Translations under genes and position numbers: made by a program
Origin: Ramazzottius varieornatus
Taxonomy: Eukaryota; Animalia; Tardigrada
Length of the DNA: 64,000 nucleotides
Assembly (NCBI GenBank): GCA_001949185.1
Contig: BDGG01000002.1
Location: 2,043,826 to 2,107,825 of the forward strand
Direction: 5' to 3'
Shown here: positions 56,738 to 64,000 of the stretch, piece after piece
How the letters are laid out: every line of letters begins with the position of its first letter
Numbering within the stretch: position 1 is the first letter of the stretch
Notes under the pieces: model-generated
Told to the model about the DNA's origin: nothing
The model's input: only the letters and a program-made list of their open reading frames with translations
Databases searched by the model: none

Positions 56738-58429
56738 TCCCTCCCTTGAACAGTTATGCCTTCCAAGTTTGCCAAAGCACGCAATAACAACAATGACATG
56801 TTCTTCCCAATTCCCTATGTGACTTGATCGATCTTCGCTGATCTTCAAAGAAAGATCAGGTGTCACGATTCCAACTTCAAGTTCCCATCTGAAGTTGTCC
56901 TCCGCTCCTTACCGATCCTGGCGTAGGATGAGATTGGAGATTGGCTGGTTAACCTGAAAACGGGAAGAGCTATAATTATAGCTACAGTGTGGGGAGCTGG
57001 ACAACTCCGTAAAAGAAATCGGAAGGCGAGGACACAAAGAGCACATAGCAAAAATGAATAATGGATCCGTCAATTTTCTGCTCAGCCGGTGGAAAATGGT
57101 GTAACCCCGGGGTGGGGAAAGGGCGGACCAGAGAGACTCTCTGGGCGGACGATGGTCACCGTTAGGTAAGCATCATAGCCCATGTCTCCGCACACGATTC
57201 CTGGGCAACAATGGCCGCGGTCGCGTTTACCGCTGTTATCTCCCATTTCGCTATATCCCGGGATGCGAAAAGTTGCGGAAACGTAATAATTGGCACTGGT
57301 GATGCAATTGCAAGTGACGGATTATCTTGAAGTATGATAGGTGGCGATCCAAACACTTCTCCCATATAATGGTAAGAACAGAGTTCTTCGAGTCTTTGGA
57401 GTAAACACGTCCGGAAGAACATCAACCTTTGGGAATACTTTGATCATATTCTCAAAGTTTATATGGAACCTCCGGTCTCTCCCGCATAGCCATTACACCT
57501 TGATTTACTTTACGGGAGCGATCTATCCCGCGCAGTCAAAACTCTCCGCCCGCGCAGTCCTCACCTTAATTTATTTGTAGTTTAATTAAATTAAAGCAAA
57601 ATGCCGAAGATTTGGCACGCGGTCAGCAATATGAAAATAGTTTTCGTATTGTGTATGCGTGCTGTTATGAAATGGAATGCGTAGTTTTCGGAAAACCATG
57701 CATTCCATCTTCAAAAAACGAAAACACTTTCGTTTCATGATCTTATACAGTAGTCGAGACCAATTACTACGTATACGGTGTATAGTCAGCGTGCGGTGGT
57801 GCTTCCTTGTTTTCCGTCCGATTAATCCATATTAAAAATTCAGTCGATGCGCTACCCCACGTCGAAAAGTTCACATATGCATGCCGAACGGCGCGGGTCA
57901 TGGTTTTATAATTCCATTATACATGTCTCCGCACTCGATTCCTACTCCGTAATTCGTCACCCGTGATCTGGGGAAGTGAGCTATTAGACGAAAAACCATG
58001 GTCCGTTTACCGAATCACGATAAGTATAAAACTCCACATCCCAAATCGAGTTCTGGCTAAGAGATGGGAAAATCATGGGCCACAATGCTCACTTTACGAG
58101 TATCTGTTCTGAACGAAGCACGCTTCACCGGTAGACCGTAGTTTCGGTATCTCACGAGCTTGCGGTGAAAAATCCGCTTGTGAGTGGAGATCCTTCCGCT
58201 GCATGTAGCTCTTTAAAAGCTCACCGGTTCTGTGAAATACGGTTTTGAGAGCCCGTGCGTGTGGGTTTTTGGACCTGTCAACCGAAGGCCAAGTGTCTGA
58301 CGATCTTTGCGACAACGTACTGGATGGAAAAAACCACGAAGATCGAGTCAAAGGAACATGCACGTATCGAAAGCTTAATGGAACTGAAATTCGAAAGGTG
58401 GGAGCAGGAAATGTTCGACAGTGGGGAAA

Positions 58430-59704
58430 TCAGACTACTTTTATATTTTGTGCGCGGTTCTTAGCTTTCCCGGATTTGGTTTTCCCACAACACTTCATAA
58501 CCTGCGCTCGACCCCAGCCGACAAATTCCCACTGATTAGTACAAATCTCCATTACATTTTTCGTTATGAAAATAAAGGTACTTTCCGTATGCTGATTATT
58601 CTTCCACATATGGATTCGGATCACCAAAAAAGGAATATTCTCTCCAAAAACATTACAAAACTGCTGCAACATACTCCAGAATAGTTTTGGGTCTTGATCG
58701 GCAAAGTTGGTGGCGCTCAACTGGTAGAAGCTTAGTGTCGGTATTACCAACTGAATCACTACGAAAGCCAAGATGGCATTCCGTACATGCAGCTCCATTT
58801 TCGGGTGCTTTTCCGGTTGCGGTTCGTCTTCGTACAGAAACTCCAACAGCTCAACGGAATCGATGATATCCATCAAGACCTGGTTCTGCATGTAACTAAT
58901 CACATTGCGTTGGTTGACCTGGGACTTCGGTACTTTGCGATGACTAGCCACCACCAAGCCGAATATGGCGGCAGTGGAGACGAAGGCCAGCTCCAACATG
59001 TTAGAACCAAAGAGAAGGTTTGCATCGAGATCGTCTCCGAAGGTTAGAAATATGACCAGCATCTTTGAAGCGAGGATGGTCGAATACAACGCCCAGCTGA
59101 TGTAGGACAAGGGAAGAGCGCCTAGGTTGTATTTCGTACGAATGGTTCCAACTCGCAGATGCTTGAGGCGCTCGTGCTCGAGTATTTCGGCTTCCCGTTC
59201 CTTGGTTTTTAGATCCTGGTAACCTTCGAACTTGTCCCACTCGGAATTCTCATCGACATCTTCTTCCTCAGTTTTGTCTTCCTCTTTCGAATCTTGAACC
59301 TTTGCGTCTTTTTGAAGGTTTTCGTCGAGGGAGTCAATATCCTCGTCCTGCACAGCGAGCATCGGCTGGAAGTTCTTGGGCTTGACTATAGGGTCTGTCT
59401 TATTGTCCCTGTTGTTGGTATCCGGATCGGTAGCAAGCTTCTTTTTCTTCCTGGTTGACTTATCGGTCGTTGGAGGTGGTTGTGGGGGAGTTTCTTCATC
59501 GGTCGTCGGGCTCTGCTTGAAGTAGCTGTCGGCGTAGATGTACGAAGCGACGAAGGCAATGAGAACCCAGACATCGCTAATGATCCAGCCCAGAGCGGCT
59601 TTACCACCATAGTATACCAGATACCAGTCAAGAAGACCGGCTTGTACCACCACAAGAATGATGCTCAATGACCGGATCAAAAGTTCCGTCCATGACTGCG
59701 CCAT
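58430..59704 (-). CDS. TMEM121/CECR6-family multi-pass membrane protein (single exon, acidic loop insert)
   Basis: Long ORF with QAGLLDWYL, WIISD, LPLSYISWALYS...SK, FGSNML, DIIDSVELL and IPFLVIRIHMW...IFITKN motifs typical of the family. Confidence 0.72.
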   Translation of the reverse strand: MAQSWTELLIRSLSIILVVVQAGLLDWYLVYYGGKAALGWIISDVWVLIAFVASYIYADSYFKQSPTTDEETPPQPPPTTDKSTRKKKKLATDPDTNNRDNKTDPIVKPKNFQPMLAVQDEDIDSLDENLQKDAKVQDSKEEDKTEEEDVDENSEWDKFEGYQDLKTKEREAEILEHERLKHLRVGTIRTKYNLGALPLSYISWALYSTILASKMLVIFLTFGDDLDANLLFGSNMLELAFVSTAAIFGLVVASHRKVPKSQVNQRNVISYMQNQVLMDIIDSVELLEFLYEDEPQPEKHPKMELHVRNAILAFVVIQLVIPTLSFYQLSATNFADQDPKLFWSMLQQFCNVFGENIPFLVIRIHMWKNNQHTESTFIFITKNVMEICTNQWEFVGWGRAQVMKCCGKTKSGKAKNRAQNIKVV

Positions 59705-60426
59705 GCCTGCAGCTCGCGGTACGTATATCCCTCCGGCAGAACGAACGACAACGAATGATGGGTTAACTTTCCACAGTATCTTCTCATAGAATAACCACCA
59801 TACTGGTTCTTTGGCCCATGAAAATTTCACACCGAAACAGGGCTGGGAGAAATTCCGACACAACTAATGTTTCTACTTTTTGATGCGATGCGGAATACTG
59901 TGTTCCGAAACCACGTACAGCACCAACGATCGATCGAAGGCGCAAATCAAACCATGCGCGACGAGGACCGAGTCATTGCGGAAACGTAACAGGTGTAGCG
60001 CAGCACGTGGAGTACTTATGGCTCTGTGCAGGTGTACGAGCGTTATCCGTAACGCAAACAACGACGTCTACCAGAAACCAGTTTTCGCGAAATTCGTGTC
60101 TCATTGTCTCGTACTCGCAAAACCTTTCGCTGTGCAGAGTCTGCAGACTGTTGTTTTTTTGGTACTAATATTCACGCTACATGGGTCATTCCATGAGGCA
60201 ATACGTTTTTCCGCACTCCGCTTCATATCACTCGCAGAATTATTCCAGTAGAGGCATGCCGAACTCGACCGAAGCTCCAAGAGTTATGGTCTGGAACTGT
60301 GCGTTAATCGAAGAAACAGCCATGCTCAAGTGATTAACCGACGTCTTACTTGGTCCTGAAAAAAATCCCGTCGTGGAGACAAGACGTTTGCAGCGGCTGC
60401 GCAGGTTTAACTAGATGTCACTAGAT

Positions 60427-62119
60427 CTAGAGCGTCCGTAGGATCTTTGGGTATCGGGACTTGTAGGACCGCTGTTTCCAGTAGCGAGGGTAGTTCTTCG
60501 CTCTTATCCTCTTTCTGCTTCTTGCTTTCTGTTCTCTTTTGTGCCTTCTGTGCTCTTTTTCCTTCAGAGACAGAGGCTTTTCTTTACTTTTCAACTTCGC
60601 CCAAACCATAACCAAGGATCCACACGTAGCCAGCACGGACATTATCAGCAAACGAGTGAGCAAGTTTATCCAGACTGTTCCGCCCTCCGTCTTCTTCTTC
60701 TGCTGATCCAGAAGTGTACCCGCGACCAAAGCAAACGAACCCACGGCGAAGTACCGCAAGAACTTTAGGATTGCGTTCGCCGTGCCTTTGGTGTTGTCCG
60801 GCGCCACAATATTGGTGCTGCTGGACGAAACCGAATCAAAGATGGCGTAGCCCAAACCTATGAGAGCCGACATGCGGATACTGTTGAAAGACGTCAAAGC
60901 AAGGCAGGCAGCAAATGGGCTCAGGATTAGAGCGGCACCAGCGGCCATCCACCAGTCACGATATCCACCTTCGTCGACCAGATAGCCGGTGAATGGAATG
61001 ACGATACTCATCAGATAGACTACACCCGCGATCCAGATTGCTCCTTGTTCTGTATAGTGCTGGGTAGCCTATCAGAAAGCAGGATAAAACGTGTCATGGA
61101 TTTTAGGACAGTACTCGGAAGATTGGAAGAGACTTACGGCGAGTAAGGCTGGCGTGCTCGTAGTGTACGTTTGGACAGCCGAATGAACAAGGAAGTAAGA
61201 TAAGGAGAACCACCAGAAAACCGCCTCGACATTGGAGGTGAACTGGCAGACACCCTTCTTCGTTGATTTCTATCTACCCCTTTTGGAATCGCTTTTGCTG
61301 TCATCCTTGTCAATAATTCCTTGAACGATAGCAGCAAATGTGCCCACAATGATCAAGCCTACCGAAATCCAGATGGCGTTTCTCATCCCGATAGCATCCA
61401 GCACTGAACCGCTTAGCAGGTAGCTGCAACCCGAACCCATCCGAGCACAGAGGATATACGAGCCTAAATTATAAAGGGGGTCGGAGGAGCGCTCAAGGCA
61501 ATAAAGTCCATGAATTTCAGGCTACTGTGGTGTGCTAACCTTTGAAACGCGAGCTATGAACTCATAGCCTGTTCATGCGACGCGCACAAACTGTCGTCCG
61601 GATACCGTTCCCCATTCCGAATACTACACCTCCGAGCAATAGTATCACGAAGGCCGACTTCTCACCGGTGATGTACGCTCCACCAACGAAAAGGAACCTA
61701 CGTATACATGAAACAAAGCACTATTGGCAGGTGCACTCTTGCATGTTTGTTCTGAATAGGAAGACTCATGCGCCGACAAAGTAGAGTGCTCCCGCAGACC
61801 AGATGAGCCATTCTCGGCTGTATTGTTCAAGGACAAACGCAGTGCCGACCGCAAAGACCACGGTAGCATAGGTAGTCGCGGTGGACAGGCCGTTGTACTC
61901 AGTGCTCTACAGCGCCAGACAATGATCTGGTTTCTTCTTTGTGGGAACATCTGTAGCATTCGAAGTACTGGAGTTGTGTCCCAGACATGCGAACGATTTT
62001 CCTTGTAGACGCCGGTTGTGTGGACTAAGAACCTGGGAGAAGAAGTTGCCGGAGGAAGCCAGGATACATGAACAACCTAACGCAATCCATTGCCGTCTCT
62101 TCGCCACTTATTTCACCAT
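60427..62119 (-). pseudogene. MFSD1-like major facilitator transporter pseudogene
   Basis: MFS-like TM segments (GGVVFGMGNG, ARMGS, PFTGYLVD, IGLGYAI, GTANAI) interrupted by in-frame stops (ATG GTG AAA TAA; CTG TAG AGC; AGA TAG AAA) and a frameshift near 61570. Confidence 0.75.
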
Positions 62120-62662
62120 CTACAAGATAAAATTCAATATGGCGTTTCACATCAGGCGGAAGCACAGACGTATCCTTGAGGGCTTTATGGATATTTCTGG
62201 TACAGTGGTGCAGTACAGTTTCCTGGTCAGTAAACGTCGAACTAGCGCACAGTGCGTCTGATCGTCCATCTTTCAACCACTTTTCTCACTGTACTGAGAT
62301 CCCCTTCGGAAATCGTCCAGTCTGGTGGTTTTTGAATTTCTGGCCTTGAGGCACCAATGTCATGTGGTACGAGTCTGCAACGCGTCAACAGTTTAACTAT
62401 CTCCTACTGTAAGACGAAGAATCTTCGATATTATCCTATGAGCCACACAAATGGCACAATGTGATGTCGGCCGCGTACCGGGGCTTTTCGGCAGAAGCTA
62501 GCCTGGAGGCATGTTCTCGGCAGGTAAACCCTTACCGAAATACAGAACGGATTGGCAAAAGATCTGGTCGTCTAGCTCTTTCAGCGCGGTGATTGGCGGA
62601 CACGTGTACAGACGTTTGCTTAGTAGGGGTTCACCTGCTGAACCGTGCCTGAACGCAGCAGC

Positions 62663-62790
62663 GGAGTGGAGGGACTGGAGGCAGTGGGAGTGGAGGGACT
62701 GGAGGCAGTGGGAGTGGAGGGACTGGAGGCAGTGGGAGTGGAGGGACTGGAGGCAGTGGGAGTGGAGGGACTGGAGGCAGTGGGAGTGGA
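62663..62790. repeat. Perfect G-rich minisatellite, 24-bp unit GGAGTGGAGGGACTGGAGGCAGTG x about 5.3
   Basis: Read directly from the sequence. Confidence 0.95.
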
Positions 62791-63480
62791 AAAACTCGCA
62801 CTGACGTCATGGAGACGCTCTCCTGAAAGCCGAGAACTGGTCGTCCGACATCCGCATCACTCCTTGGAAGTTCGGTCTATAACTGTGAACCGAACGGCTA
62901 ACCAAATTTTCTCGCTGTGTGTTTTAAATTCTCATTTAGTCTCTCTAGCTGGCACTCCAAACGGATCTATTTGTTGTCTTGTACCTGAAGGATCGATCTT
63001 TATAACGATACTCGTTCCTGATCAACCGGGTGACTCCGTTTTAGTTACTGTAACTTTTTCCATCATCGTGCTGAGTAAACTTTTATCCTCTTAACATCGG
63101 GGAGGTCGTCGACTGAATTGTCGAGGCTAATAAAATTCCTGCCTTCCTGAGACAGAAGGGGACAAAGCACGGCCTTATCGCAGGCAGATGGTCCGCTTGA
63201 TTGGCTGTTTGATAGCCAGCGATAAATCCAACCTGTCCAAGAATCAAGATTCAAGATGACTCGAAGCTGTTTCCAACTTCTAAGTCCAAGATTTCTTCCC
63301 AGACTATCGTTTCATTCCTGAGACTAGATCCTGATACCTGATCGTAGTCCTCAACGGTGCGCAGCCGCACTTGGTTTCGGCTGGAACGTCGGTATACAAC
63401 CTGATCATGTGAAACACGCAGGAATTGTGAGAACTGCGACACGCACTTACTCTAACCGCTGCAGTGATCCATACGTCGTC

Positions 63481-63915
63481 ATGCTGAGCCCGTCGAAACT
63501 TTCTCCGACCAGTCCGACGGTTGGGGATTTCGACTGGAAGTTCGAGATCTTGAAGCAGCTGCATCGACGCAATGCCACGGAAAGCGTTTGTTTCAAGCCT
63601 GTCTTCGAAGCATGTAAGGGAAATTTGGCAAGTCATTCGGTGGCTGTTTGCTCCAGCTGCCTGTTGGTTTATACAACGATCTGGAAATCCGCGGCCTACC
63701 ATGCATAATTTATTTGCTTTGAGGGGTACGACTTGATTGGTGAGTTGATTGACCAGATTTCTTTTTCAGATGGAAAGCTCTTTGATTACTCCGACTCGCT
63801 GAAGACCCAGACTGCTCACCTCAACCTGCAAGTGGAGAAGCTCAAGGAGGACATCATTCGAGGTGGAGGAAATGGAGCAAACGGCGGGCAAGACACTTCA
63901 TCACGCTTCCGTTAA
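63481..63915 (+). CDS. ATG16: Autophagy protein ATG16 (5' exons; probably continues beyond the window)
   Basis: MLSPSK...DFDWKFEILKQLHRRNATESVCFKPVFEA|YGKLFDYSDSLKTQTAHLNLQVEKLK resembles the ATG5-binding N-terminal helix (W+..I...L..R+..+...F..I...Y.+L) followed by coiled coil. Confidence 0.72.
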
Positions 63916-64000
63916 TTTTATTACCGTTATAACGGCGTTATTCGATTACGTAAGTAAATATCATTACGATGTTTGACGTTGGTCTTTATTCAATTATCCA

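Noticed and set aside
57672-57708. Hairpin ATGGAATGC...GCATTCCAT upstream of GADD45
   Set aside because: Single short inverted repeat with no TSD or second copy seen.
60427-62119. Possible stop-codon readthrough or recoding in the MFS gene (two in-frame TAG)
   Set aside because: A TAA at codon 4 and a frameshift are also present, so pseudogenisation is the simpler explanation.
62511-63094. ORFs with EWRDWRQW or VEGLEAVG repeats
   Set aside because: These are translations of the 24-bp minisatellite with no other coding support.

Overview
This is gene-dense eukaryotic (animal) DNA with many short GT-AG introns. The compact layout and the vasopressin-like peptide CFVTNCPPG fit a tardigrade best; that assignment is an inference. 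Genes I could assemble by hand across introns: DCP1, a secreted/GPI-type Ala/Thr-rich protein, U2SURP/SR140, CPEB1/orb, ARL6IP1, ABTB1, a ninjurin, a secreted cyclase/kynurenine-formamidase-family enzyme, phosphorylase kinase alpha, CDC73, a small 4-TM protein, OS-9, an oxytocin/vasopressin-neurophysin precursor, GADD45, a TMEM121/CECR6-like gene and the 5' part of ATG16. There are also two clear pseudogenes (arylsulfatase and an MFSD1-like transporter) and a non-autonomous hAT element with an 8-bp target-site duplication. The most striking unexplained feature is a dispersed palindrome, GTGGCGCA-N(26-29, mostly 27)-TGCGCCAC. I found 19 cores, all in introns of about 8 different genes, as singles, doublets and a triplet, and some copies show compensatory changes in both arms. 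A sequence-unrelated motif (CACCTRCATACA) shows the same ~27-29 bp geometry in another intron. Other points of interest: a CCHC zinc knuckle in DCP1, a candidate 13-nt frame-shifting microexon in GADD45, and CPE-plus-hexamer signals in the CPEB 3' UTR. All exon boundaries and family assignments were made by eye and from recalled motifs, not by database search.
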